A stretch of DNA of 64,000 nt, taken from NCBI GenBank assembly GCA_032718475.1, contig JAUCBJ010001712.1, positions 1 to 64,000 on the forward strand, given 5' to 3'. Shown one piece after another: positions 24,753 to 37,730 of the stretch. Under the pieces are notes generated by a model that was not told where the DNA came from, made no database searches, and saw nothing but the letters and a program-made list of their open reading frames with translations. The translations under genes were made by a program, and so were the position numbers. How positions within the stretch are numbered: position 1 is the first letter of the stretch; the number at the start of each line of letters is the position of its first letter. Source of the stretch: Nemertoderma westbladi (lineage: Eukaryota > Animalia > Xenacoelomorpha).

Positions 24753-26017
24753 AAAAAATAGGTACAATAGTCCTACAGTAAGTTATTAGTTTATTAATTA
24801 TTTACTATTTATACTGTAAATACGTTTTATATTAAATTGTTCTGTACATTACATCTTTATCGTTGAGTCGGACATTGTCACGCTCTCGGTAAAGTTGTAC
24901 ATGTACATAGTGTAATTACGTTTTATATTGGTTTTAGGTTAGCGTAGTGTAATATTGTATTTGTAACCAAGTAACATAAAGGACCCCCTTGGAAATAAGC
25001 TGCAAAGCTTTAGGGGTAATCCTATATGTTATGTTGGACAATACCTTTATACCGGTACATTGTTTGGTGTATTTGTTATTGTTTTTACATAATGTATAAA
25101 TAAAAAAATCTAAAAATAAATTACATGTCTTTCAATCATTTGAATTCCCCGCGCTATGGAGCAGGGTGGCACCTTTTAGAGAGAGGGCTGTTGCGCTGTC
25201 AGTCAGAGAGGTAACAGCCCCTGGGGTAAGGATTTAGCTCTGGGACCTGTATTAGGCAAAATAGCAGTAGCTGTGTAGGCCCACCAGTACTGTGCACGGT
25301 ACATGACCCGAAATTTAGCCTACATCTGTAAATAATACACGGTTTCGCGGTACAAGACCATATAAATTAGACCACCATCTGTAAAATGCTCGCGTGAGTT
25401 CAGATGTCAGGTTGTGCTGATTATAGGCCCCTATATCATGCACTAGGCCTAACGGATTCTGGTAGCCTGGAACTAGACCACTACAAAAACTGATGCGACA
25501 GAGCGAGGTCTGGAGGTGCCGTTAGCCTAACATTTTTTGAGAAACTAATATCACGTAGGCCTACCTAATCATATCTTTGCGTTAATTATTACTAGATCCA
25601 CTGGCCCCCAGCCACCTTCAACAAACCATCATTGCTGGGGGGCACTCAGCTGAGGGGGCTGAGCGAATTAAATCGCGACCTAATGGACCGGGCCATTTCT
25701 TTGGCCGCCCTGTTCCAGAGACATCCACCTTCCTCCGGCAGATCGGGGCTCGTCTCCACAGTGCCACCCACGAACCGCGGTCACACCAGTTTCTGCTCCA
25801 GTGCCTGGAGATGGTAATTTTGGTTGGTAATGCAGCCTCAGTCATGGGGACAGCAACCACGCCGACCATCTGTCTATTCGGGCACTGAAGAGCCGAAACC
25901 AATCGAAACTGTCGAAATGGTTGCCAATGGAATCACCAACGGGATGACGGCCGAAGATATTCAATACTCTATCTTATGCAATCTCAAATATTCAATGTTT
26001 GATCCCTAGATGGGGGC

Positions 26018-27177
26018 TGTAAAAGCTTTTGCGGACATAACAAGTCATTTTTCTCCGCAATATACCGTGTAGGTGCTTTAGCGGACATAACAAGTCATTT
26101 TCTCCGCAATGTACCGTGTAGGTGCTTTAGCGGACATAACAAGTCATATTTTGCCGCAATGCGCCTAATACTCTAAAAAGATTGTAGCTCAGATGACGAA
26201 ATCTGTCAGCTGATTTACTGCATACGTGGAACCTCTCTTTGTTCTGCTCAGCCAATCAGAGCGATTTTCATTTTATGTTGGACAAGGGCCTATGTAAAAC
26301 CGCGCAATGCATTACGGTCTTTGTTTACCTTTTCTGAGCCTCAGAACACCGGCTTAGAATTCTTCTGTGCTTCTGTAGAAGTTTCAGACTTTGGCCAAAC
26401 ATTAGATGGCTTTGATTATAGGAACGTAAATCTATTATCAAACCGATTCAACTACCGATCACCTGTAACGCATTACTGAGCAACACTGCAATACCATACT
26501 GTCATTATTTTACTTCTATTTTACTGTCGGTTATTAATTGTTGTATATTGATGGATATGTTGTTATATTTGGAGAATACCGATAAATAATCATAAAACCC
26601 CCAATCTTCTTGATTACTGAAGGTAAGAGGGACCGGTTACCTGTAGCAATTGCGACTTACATTATAGTGGTTTTGGTGTGAGTTAAATGCTATTTCATAA
26701 TCCCTACATGTGTCAGTTGCTATCCTCCTTATATATGATCAAATTCAGTGATGGTCGGCAGATCAGTGTGAAGTCGTGTGAAGTAGTGTGACCGATAATA
26801 AAGCATCTCCTAAAGAATGCGCTATTTACGAAACTCAGTAGCCATCTAGTTGTGATTAGTATAAGTCATAACTCTGTTTTTTTACTTAAAGCGCCACGTC
26901 CTAAAGGAACTGCTAATATTTCCCCGAAAGTAAATATATTTGTCAGAGATTATATAGTAACGATCAATCGAATAATACAGTAGGTCTACACCGCAATAAC
27001 TTCAAAGCATCCGAATCCAGTCTCCCTTAATCGTGGGTGAATGATCGCGCATAGACTGGCTTCGGCTAATGTAACTTTATGTGCACTAAATACTTGTTAT
27101 AGGCTAAAGTCGATTTATGAACAAGAGGACACCTAAAATTGGCAGGTTAAACTGCTAAAGGTCTGAAAGCGCAAACA
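26018..27177 (+). repeat. BEL-1 5' LTR (1160 bp)
   Basis: tgtaaaagc...gcaaaca; three ~51-bp internal repeats; CCAAT box at ~26251; matches 42981-43635 + 49860-50356. Confidence 0.93.
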
Positions 27178-28762
27178 ATAATAGATTTTATTCTTTATTT
27201 GCAGTGTAGGCAATAAATATAGTTGTCTATTGTTCTGGTAAGAACAATAATAGATTTTAAGTTCTTTATTGCACCGTAGGCAATAAAGTCAAACGTACCG
27301 GTCGACCGGTAAGCTGTAGGCCTAACTGCCCGACTACCCGAACCGGTACTTACATGTACAGCAGTATTATTAGATTTTGATAATTATATACCCGGTAGGT
27401 CTTGATATTTAATCAGGGACTGCAGCCCTGGTTTTTATTGGGATTTTACTTATTTCTTTCAGTTTTATTTATCTGTAAGTGTAATATTGAGCAGAAGGCG
27501 TGTAAGCCTGCTCAGATTGTATAAATAATTTGTAGGCTGGATTGTTGTCTTGCTGTTGTTAGGTCTGAAGCGATTGCAGTGTGTGTAGAGTGTATGTCCG
27601 ATAAAGTACTAGTTAGGAAGGTGGGGGCATCCAGTGTTGTAAGGTAAATCCCCCCCGAAAGAATAAGTCGTACTACTGGGTTAGAACGCCTACTAACTAA
27701 CCATTTCGGAGTCTGCATATACTGTAGTTTATTTAGGCCTGACAGTAGTCTGCCAGCATTTGGTCTTTATTTTGTTTGTATAGTCTGCACGGGTAGCGTA
27801 ATATTTATTATTCAGAGTCTATGCGAGTATTCGCAACCTACATACCCCTAAGTTTATTCCTACAGTAATTGTGCTTGTTATACATACCGTTATAGTTAAA
27901 TTAACCCCGGTACTACATCAGGGCTGCTTGGCGTAGGTAAAGACTGGTGATTTTATGCTCTGGTCACTCCAGCAGATACCGTGGTTCTTTTAGCTGTACA
28001 AGTATATTTAACTGCTGGTTATTTGTGGTATAAGTACTTGTACCTAATTTAGGGTTTAGCGTACAGTGCTTTCTGAAAGTAATTAGTGTGTAGGCAGTAT
28101 ATTTGTGTTGTAAAGTGGTTAATAGGCACGTTAGCTCTGGTTGGCTGCGGTAATTAACTTCTAGGTAAGGACACTCCGGGTACATAACGTAGTACTTATA
28201 GTTTAAGACTATAAGTCGTCAGACAGTGGTATTTTCTTATCTAGACAACGCAATTTACTTACTACTGCTTTATTGTTTTCAAATACTGTAGTATCCTGTC
28301 CGTTTGTAATAACCAGAGATTTTAACTCCTTGTTAGGCTGGTTTGTAGATTTCCTGTAAAATTACCCTAAAATTTGTACGTGTAACTTTTGGTGTTTATT
28401 TAGAGATTGTAATCTCACACAGTAATTGTATGTAATTTGTAGTAATAAGTAACTTAGTAAAGTATAATTATTTGTTTTAGTGTCCAACAAGTAGCACTAC
28501 ACTGAGAGCGTTCAGCTTCTGTGTAGTGACTCCTTACCAGAAATAATAACATTTATTTCAAACATTGTCAAAAACCCATTGTACGGGTATATATATATTA
28601 TAAATCAACTCAAACCGATTTATAAAACAGTAGGCCTGTTATACATCAATTAGGTCTTAATATCAGTTGGGCTACTGCTTAATAACAGTAATAAAGTAAA
28701 GAAAAGTAACCCTAAAATTCAGAAATTCAGTTATTCTAAAATAATTGACATTACTGGTATTC

Positions 28763-28995
28763 ACAGTAGGCTTATTATATTTATTTATATAAATTTGGCT
28801 GAGATTATATACCGGTATTCTGTAATTAATCCTAGTCTATATTAATACTTATATATATACTATAAGTGTATGCTATATACCGGTATTACAGTAGGCTTAT
28901 TATATACATTTATATAAATTTAGGCCGAAATTATATACCGGTATTCTGTGACTAATTCTAGTCTATAATAATACTTATATATACTATAAGTGTAT
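28763..28995. repeat. ~125-bp tandem duplication in the BEL-1 5' UTR
   Basis: acagtaggcttattatat...ataccggtattctg...tactataagtgta occurs twice. Confidence 0.8.
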
Positions 28996-31757
28996 ACCGG
29001 TATTTTAATATATTATATATATCACGTTACATTGAGTAACGATATCGGTAATTAATTACTAGGCTTACAGTTGATACTGAATTACTAGACTTACTTTAAC
29101 TGTCGTTATAGTAGTAGGCATTCAACTGTACAATCAAACATGGCTGACACAAAACAAACACTGTCAGATAGTCTCCTAGAAAGAACAGTCTGCGACTCAG
29201 ATAGGAGTGCAGAACATCTGAGACCGAAGTCCAAGTCCCCTCCTACTGTAAGAAAGGTCATCCCGCCAGTAATATTATCAGACCCTAGGCTAGTCAAGCA
29301 CCATCGGTCTATCATAGGCACTAGGGCTCAAGTCAAGCGGGACCAAGAGGCAGCTGTTAAACAGCAGCAGCGCCCGAACCGAGAACTTATTTCTCAACAG
29401 CCAGATAACTCCAGTAGTTCAGACACTGTAGAGTTGACACCCGAAATCGGAGCAAGGATGGCAGAAGCGGTTTATCCGGATCCACTTCTAATTCTTCCTG
29501 GAGCCGTACTCACTAGAGTATTGATCGCTATGGAAGAACATCAAATCTATTGGGCGAGAAGTAAGTGATCGACCAAGGACAGTTTTATGCGGGATACACA
29601 ATGGAGGAACTGAAGTCTATTGTCGAGACGCAATGGAACTTCCCCGGACCCGGACTCCCGTTTAACTTATCAGAAGCTGCCTGGGAGGACTTATACAGGA
29701 TGGGAGTAGTAAAGGATACTCGAGATCCAGCTGTGTGGAAGAGGTCGGCAGCAGGATATGTCCAGGGATTCTTCAGCTCTTTGGAGCGATTAGAGGAACA
29801 CCTGTTTCAACAACCTCAAGGACCTCAAGAGCAGGGAGAGCTGCTTTATCAAGTTCGAGAACGAATCTTAAGGATCAGACTAATCCTTTCCGCCTTTGAG
29901 GAAGCCTCGAAGAGAAGCCAAGACACGTCGTTGCAAGTTGCCATAAAGACTTGGTTCCAACGGGTGAGTCTTAAAGTCCAAGGAACGACACAATGGAAAA
30001 TTCAGCTAACTGAGCGCGCGACCCACGGAGAATCAACAGACGCTACCCTTTCTCAGGTGGAAAGCGAAGTTACATCAGAGAAACCTCAGAAGAAGGATGC
30101 TATTGACATCTATCTGTCGGACTATCAACAATTTATAGGTGACAAAGAGTTAAGGAGACGGCTAGCTGGACTTCACCCTAATAGTGAGGGAGCCAAATTT
30201 GTGTTAGACTCATTAGATGCGGAAATGTTAGCCGCAGAGCAGGCTAAATTTGATGAAAGCATCCTCATCGCTAGGGAGCAGGAAGAACAATTAAAGAAAA
30301 AACGGATAGAAGACAGAAAGACAGCAGCAATGGCCGCGGCAGAAGTTGAAAGAAAAGCGGCAGCGGCAGCGGCAGAGGCTGAAAGAAAAGCGGCATCGGC
30401 AGTGGCAGCGGCAGAAGCTGAAAGAAAAGCGGCATCGGCAGCGGCAGCGGCAGAGGCTGAAAGAAAAGCGGCAGCTTCAGCGGCAGAAGCGGAAAGAAAA
30501 GCGGCAGCTGCAGCGGCAGCGGCAGTGGCAGAAGTTGAAAGAAAGGCGGCAGAAGCGGAAAGAAAAGCGGCAGAGGCAGTGGTAGAAGCAGAACGGAGGG
30601 CATCTGAAGAGACAGCCCAACTAGAGTTGGAAAATCTTCAAGTGAAGCAAGATTACTTAAATAAACAGAGAACAGCTACTCAGATGCAGATGATAAGTCG
30701 ATCTACTCCCAAGAGACAGGGATTTACATCCTCTGATGAAGGTGACACAACAGATCCTGAAGGTAGAGGAAATAAATCTCGTTCAAGCGGACGTAGAAGA
30801 ACGATACACCGTCAGAAGTTACCTAATTTACCTCCTGCGGTGAGAAGGCAACTGGCTAGTGTAGACTTACAGTCGGGGTCTCAAAGTGCATCTGTTCTTT
30901 GAGATTTTCTCAAAGTTTTTCTAAAAGTGTCTAAAAGTCATTACATTACTCCCAACGGCCGCTTTGAATTCTTGTAGACACTTTTAGTTGGGAATCTCAA
31001 AGTGATTTCCTGCTTTTAGGCACTTTGAATTCTTTGAATTCTTTGAGAAATGTCACTTTGAGGTAGTTTGCGGCACTTTTAATTCTTTGAGAAAATAAAC
31101 TCCGACGTATTCCTGATTGACAGCTCGTGGTAAGTTAACTGAGAGGCAGAGGCATTCTCGGGGAACAATATTATGCGGGCAACAAAGTGATACTTGTGTG
31201 TTGGCCAGTTGTTGCATAGAAGCTACAGTATATTCCCATTAATTTATCAACTTGAGGTTCCTGAGGTCATTACAGGATGGGTTTTCGGTCGCAAGTACAA
31301 ATTGAATTTACGGCACCCTAAAGTCTTTCTAAAAAACATTCATTCAAATAATACATGAAACATAATTTGTGAAACAAGATTAATTCCTGACAAGATTGAT
31401 TAATTTAATAATAACATAATACAATATAAGATAATAATTAATATAAGAGAATAGAAACTGCACTTGTCCAGTATGTGTACGCAGTTTCATTATAATGACC
31501 TAAAGAAGCCCTGTTGGGAGAAAGCTTGTAAAATAACATTTGTTATTCATTTCATTAGTCACCTCAGGTCAAACCGTACTACCTTTACTGTTTAATTCAT
31601 ATGATAACTATGTTGACGAGAGCGCGAGAATTCCTTCTTAAAAACTAAGAAAGGCTTTCGACTTTCAAGTACGATAGAACGGCTACAATCTTGTGTTGTT
31701 TTAGCTTAATAGACGAACGGATGAAGTGGTAGGCATTCACCAGCGGCAGCATAGTGT

Positions 31758-31962
31758 AAAGATGATAGAAAAAATAAAGTATTTATTTAAATTTATTAAA
31801 ATAAAGTATATATATATATATAGACCCTCACATTTTCCTGTTAGTTGCCAGTACATAGTCTGATGCAGACCGGTAGGTCGAAAACGTTTACTATTGTATC
31901 TTTATCTAATATAATATAACCAGCTAAAGACCCTCAATACTTTATTTTTTCTATCATCTTTT
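31758..31962 (+). mobile_element. Probable Penelope-like pseudo-LTR fragment with inverted terminal duplication
   Basis: aaagatgatagaaaaaataaagtatt is inverted at ~31937-31962; the fragment contains ctgatgcagacc-ggta-ggtcgaaaacgtt. Confidence 0.55.
31852..31899 (+). ncRNA. Minimal type-I hammerhead-ribozyme-like motif (one core substitution)
   Basis: Stem I atagt/actat, core CTGATGC (canonical CTGANGA), stem II gacc/ggtc, GAAA, palindromic aacgtt. Confidence 0.45.
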
Positions 31963-32540
31963 TAGCTTAATAGAGATATTTAAATATCCCCTGCCGCTGT
32001 CGTTTATATTTGAGCATATTTTAAATGTTTGCCTCATATTCAATTGATGTGTACCGCCTTCTGGCAAAGCGGCACCCAGTTTAAACTATCAATCACAGCT
32101 AGTGAGTAGCGACCCACTGTCGGCGACCTTCAAACAAACAGGTGCAGAGTCGGAAAGAACTGTCACATGCTTTACTTGGCTTGTGGTACCATTTGATTAC
32201 ATAATAGATTTTGACAGACTGGGCAGTCGCTCTGACCATATGCATTGCGCACCAACAATGCCTAAAACATCTATGGGAACAGCCAATTAGTGCGCTTGAA
32301 TCATTTATCTTTATTCCTGTCTCTATCGTTATTCTTTACTTTGTATAACACAATTTACAGTGCGGCAAAGTATGGCTGGTTGACCATTGAAATGCATTGG
32401 TAAAGGTATTCGGCGTTCACGTGGGCTAAACAAATTTAAACAGTACAGTTTTAGCACTATACATTAATATAGATAGGGCAACAGACAAACTGTCTATGAC
32501 ACAAATACCAACACATTCCGATAGCCCGTAATTACGGCGT

Positions 32541-32931
32541 CTCTAAAGAGCCCAAATATAAATTAATAAAATCCTCTATGAAACAATAAAAATTCCTACA
32601 AAAAATACTGCTGTATTAAATATTAGTTACTGCAGTAACATATAACAATTACTGCAGTAACAAATATTTATTACTGCAATAATCAATATTAATAAATTAA
32701 TAAATAATTGAATAAAAATTAATACTGCAGTAATCTATATTAATAAATAATTGAATAAAAATTTCTACTGCAGTAACAAATTATTTCTTACTGCAGAAAA
32801 AGACAATTTTTTATTACTGCAGTAAGTTTAATTCTTACTTTCAGTAACAAATATTTATTACTGCAGTATTTTTTGGAGGCATCTTTATTGTTTCATAGAG
32901 GTTTTTATTACTTATATTTTACCCTTTAGTA
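32541..32931. mobile_element. Older MITE-like foldback nested in the Tc1-type element
   Basis: Imperfect ~90-bp inverted ends (cctctatgaaacaataaa / tttattgtttcatagagg); internal tactgcagta repeats. Confidence 0.6.
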
Positions 32932-35900
32932 GCCAAAGTCAATATACCCCATACCATAGCCAGCTTCAGGCAGGACTGTATGAAATGACTGACAGTACTA
33001 CTTTGAAATCTTTGAGGACACTTTGTCATTTTCTTGGACCACTTTTAGAAATTTGAGACACTTTTAGTTCTTTGAGAAAATCTCAAAGAACAGATGCACT
33101 TTGAGACCCCGACTGTAGGTAATCAAGAGCCCACAGACCAAATTATTAGAGTAGACAGACTCCCTTCTATAGTAGATGAGCCTGAAATAATTAGGCCTGT
33201 TCTCGGAGCCACTCCCTCTGTGATAGAGACACCTGTACTTCCAGAACCTAACTCTAAATTCCCTTTGCACAGTACTAAACTACCTGTGCCCAGTAGAATA
33301 GCCCCTGAATCAGTCCCAGTCCTGGACGCCGAGCGAGACATCAATGATTTGTCGCCCGTCGTCCCTCGTCTACCCGCTACTATGTTGGCGGCTCCTGCTT
33401 CGGCGGTAGAGTGGGTGGATCAGGGACGGCGGGAGATGGGTCTCCTGCTCGGGCAGCTGAGGGAACACCGTGTATGTTCCTCCCAGCAGGTCCAGGAGTT
33501 GGAAGGGACTGTTCAGCAATTAAAGGGAACAGTAAGAGAGGGTAGGTTAGAGTTGCAAGAAGTGCAGCAGAGTATCGCTTTAGAACGCGATAAATTGGTA
33601 AACATACAAAGGGGTATACCACCACCCCCTGTAACAATGTGTCAACCTGTTAGGTCTGAAGTATTTCATGCGCAAGGTGTGGAGCCTATACGCATCTATA
33701 CTGCTAGTGAAGTAGAAACTCCTATAGTAAACCCTATTAAAGGTAATTATAAACCTGTTGATAATGATATTCCATATAGACCTGATCATAATCCAAGAAA
33801 TTTATATACCGATAACTCGACATTAAATAATACAATGTCCCAAGAAAGTTTTACGCGTCAAATGGCTAGAACCGAAGCCCGTCAAGCGGTAAAGGTGGGA
33901 GAAATCGTCAAGTTTAATGGAGATGAGATGAAATGGTTGCCTTTTAATGAATATTATAAAGATAACATACAGAACTCTGTACTATCTAACGGAGAGAAAC
34001 TTAGATTCCTCATCGAGTGCTTGGAAGGACCTCCCAAGTTAATGGCGTTAAAGTTTATTGGACATCCAGATGGATTAAGACAAGTTTGGGATACACTAAA
34101 CATCAGTTATGGTAATAGGACTAACATAGCTAGGTATTTGTATGCGAAATTAATGGCGCCCCGAAAGTTTCTTAGCAGCTGGATTATAGAGTTTTCCGAT
34201 GAAATTCAGGAGATCTGTAGACAACTAGATTGGCTAGGTAAGTCTCAAGAATACCAGAATTCTATGGTTGTAGGAGCCTTAGTATCAACTTTGCCAAAGG
34301 GTGGAGTAGGTACTCGCTGGGACTAAAAGGTTCTCTATATGATGGACCAGCAACAAAGAGAACCTACCATGGCTGATCTCATGTCATTCTTAGATGAAGA
34401 GGTAAGATTACAGCTCCTAAAGCAGTCCCGAGAAAAGACACCGGAAAATAAGGTGTGTGAAAAACCCGTTTCTAGAAGGAAGGTAACACCAGTGTGTTAT
34501 ACAGACGACGGCGAAAGCCAGACCTCTCACGAGGAGAACAGCGGGAAAGACACCGAAAGATCTTATTATGTCAACAAAACACGTAAAGACGTAAGTAAAT
34601 CTAAGTCTCGAACCAGTGACAGGAGAGAACAGAAGATAGAATATATAACCAGTGACAGGAGAGAACAGGTAACAACTCCTCCTACGTCTCCTAAGAGAAT
34701 TCATGGAAGAAAGCCCGAAGAAAGAACAAGGGTGCACAACACAACACAAGTTAAAGTAAGTAATATCAAACCCAAATGTGCATTGTGCGATGGGCCCCAT
34801 CGCTTAAGTGGGTGTGATGAATTCTTGAAGAAATCCCTTAAGGATAGACGTGATGTCATGTGGGATAAGCGGTTGTGTTATAATTGCCTCAGACGAGGAC
34901 ACCAACGGCGGACCTGTTACTCAGACGCGAGGTGTGCTAAGTGCGGCGCGAAACATCATATCTTGCTGCACACAGAATTTGAAAGAACCCGCACGAGTCA
35001 GGTAAGTGAGCCCGAATTACATGTCCAATTCAGTGATGTGAACGACACTGACCACAGCTCTGAGATGGAAGGATTCTACACGGACGAATTCTCCGACGAA
35101 AACGAATCCTGTTATATGATAAACACCGCAGTGTATCGAGTGCTTACGTATGAGACGGAAACCGATAATGAAGTCCAATCGACTATTCCGGACCGACAAC
35201 CATCTTGGAAAGCGCCAACTTCCAACGTCGGAATTCGGGAATTCCCAGTAGTTCAGCTGAGAGTCCATGGGCCAGGTAAGAGTTTTATAGTAAACGCCCT
35301 CCTGGACTCCGGCAGCACAGGAACATTCATCGACAAAGAACTAGCCGAAGACATCTTTGCTGGACAACCCAAGTTCCGAACTAAGTTGAACCTTTCAGGA
35401 ATTATGCAGGTTTGGAAATCCACAGTAGCTACAGACTACTATGTAGGCGCGTTGTCCACTCCCCAGGATGAACTAGGAGAACATAGCATAAGGTCAGTAA
35501 AAATGGTGGTGATAAAGAACTTTGCTACCAGCCAAGTGGAACCTTATAACTGGGATGAAGACCATTTTACCCAGCAGCATGATATCCCTAGATTCAACAC
35601 TGACTACCCAGGGGTACAGATTCTGATCGGCCAAAATGCGCATGAGGCGCTTGAGACATTAGAAAAACGGCCTGCTCGACCGCTACCATTACAAACATAT
35701 GCGGGAAGAACGAGAGTAGGTTGGTACTTCACTGGACCTTCCCGTAGAACACTGATGGAAAGACTTCCTCATAAGAGGATATATCAGGTGAGTGAATGGG
35801 AAGAAGAAATCAGTGAGGGAGAAACCACACCTGAGGGAACACCATATTCCTCAGATAATGACGATATTAACTCTAATGTAGATCAATGGAGACATTGCCC

Positions 35901-37039
35901 TGGGACAATTAATCCAGCCGACATTGCTTCCAGAGGAGCAACCCCTCAAGAACTGATAGATACTCCAGACTGGTTAGGTGGACCCGACTTCCTAAGTAAA
36001 GAAGAGGATGAATGGCCTCCTCATCTCACCACGGCTGAGATTAGACAAGCCAAGGGAGCGGAGAAAGTCTAACCTAAAACCCGGACGAGTAAATCAAAGT
36101 TATTTAAACCCGTGATTGATCTGTCTGTACTACACATTTCAGGGGACGACGCTGTGGATCTAAACTCCCCCGCCACAAATAAATCTGTTGTGGAAATCAG
36201 AGAAAGAGACTGGAAATCTGGAACACCAGATGTCTCGCAGGGACTCTCACCTCTCCTGCAGAGAGCGATAAACCACTATAGCTCCTGGAATCAGCTTTGT
36301 AAGGCCGTTGTGTATTTGAAGCGATGTTTCCATCGTCACTATTCCAGGACGAAGAAGAAACCTGGAATTGTATTCGAAACACAACAACTCAATCGCCCAG
36401 TTGGTCGTTTATGTTTACTGGAAAGAGACCGAGAACTGTCCGGAAACTATGGAAGGCAAGATACTCTTCCCACGACCACCTCCCTAATCCAACAAACATC
36501 TAGGGACTCCCCAACATAACCTCGTCTGGAGTGGGTGTGTGACTATATTATTTTATATTTGTTTTTATTATTTTTATATTTATGTATGTATTATTATGTA
36601 ATTTTATTATAATCATTTTCTTTAATTTTATTTAGTAGAATGTTATTTTAGCGATTATTTAGTAGATTAGTGCAATATATAATCGTGTTTATTACTTAAT
36701 TACTTATATTATATATTTAGTGCAACGGCGAGAAATAATTCTTTTTCTCTTTCCTTACTGTCCGTATCTTATTATAAATACGTGACTACAGTAAGATGAA
36801 ATATCCGTACTTATTAAAGTACAATAAAGCTCCTACTATACTCAAGTATTATTGGTAAGTAGAGTACTAGGAATGGAAAGTTCAGATCCTCGTGTCTCGG
36901 CTAAACCAAACTCTGGGTAGACCTTGGAAACGACTTGCCTCTTCTCACTGACATTGCTTCTTGCAATATTGCTCTCATACCGTATATTAAATAATACATA
37001 TAGCGTGATGTCCCTTTAACAGTAGCGTAAAACGCAAAA

Positions 37040-37420
37040 TAAATCTGTTAAACCCTTTGACCATCTGTAATTCTAGTCGATTAAGATATCGCGGCATCCA
37101 CCGATATACTTGAAAGACAAAACTCTAGAATCAGTGGTTAATGTCCCCAGACATGTTCTGGAATAAATCGGTGCCCATCTTAAATATTAAATATTTAATA
37201 AATAATTGTAAAATCCGTCAAAACAAATATAATAGAGTAAATGCTTATAAGTTAACTCTAGAAAATCTATAAATCAAAATCTGTTAAAATTTAGATCCTT
37301 TAAAATTCTAGTCGATTAAGATATCGTAGCACTTACTGATACTCTTAAAAGGACAAATTTTCTAGAATTAAGGATCCTAGTTCCCAGACATGCTCTGGAA
37401 TAAAATTGTGTCCATTTAGT
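37040..37420. repeat. Diverged ~240-bp duplication in the BEL-1 3' region
   Basis: aaatctgttaaa...attctagtcgattaagatatcg...cccagacatg.tctggaataaa occurs twice. Confidence 0.75.
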
Positions 37421-37730
37421 GTTAAATAATAAAATTTACGGGAATGATTTTAAATTCATATCCTCTCATGAATTTGATAAATTGTCATTTTATACAATTT
37501 ATAACATTCCCCAAATTCCCTTAATTAATAGATCATGGGAGCAGAGATTCACCCTATTAAGTATATTAGTGTGCGAGAATCTCCAATATATAGTCAATAG
37601 CCGATAAAATTCATAAAATCATGTATAAAGGGGAATATTGACAATTAAAGAATCACTATTAAATAGCATCCCAGATCTGTATGCATGAGAATTACCCTAA
37701 TTCTACTGCTAGCTTTCCATAATGTCACCA

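Larger units (their letters stand above)
19023..25117 (+). mobile_element. Crack/L2/CR1-group LINE (2A-like motif, PHD, APE, RT), interrupted by another LINE
   Basis: ORF pieces at 19168-24750; 3' stem-loop ggacccccttggaaataag...ggggtaatcc at ~24981-25022; A-rich tail at ~25095-25117. The 5' boundary is approximate. Confidence 0.85.
30870..33115. mobile_element. Non-autonomous Tc1/mariner-type element (MITE-like, 2246 bp)
   Basis: 46-bp perfect TIRs starting cagtcggggtctcaaag; TA duplication at 30868-30869 and 33116-33117. Removal restores the gag frame (VDL|GNQE). Confidence 0.93.
29140..36519 (+). pseudogene. BEL-1 gag-protease with deleted RT/RNase H/integrase; split by a MITE
   Basis: Ala-rich coiled coil; DUF1759-like FNGDEMKW..F..LSNGEKLRFL; CALC..H..C, CYNC..H..C, CAKC..HH..LH; protease ALLDSGS. 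It then jumps to WRHCPG.INPADIASRG and to the IN C-terminal RPVGRLCLLE. In-frame TAA at 34324. Confidence 0.9.

Noticed and set aside
12324-25178. Short TIR element defined by ctaaaaggtgccaccc...gggtggcaccttttag
   Set aside because: No TSD, and the homology continues past this point in the 50790-52654 copy, so it is treated as a partial third arm.
36520-37000. Second LTR starting at gagtgggtg-TGTGAC after BEL-1 pol
   Set aside because: No matching upstream copy; the real LTR pair and TSD are at 26018 and 50356.
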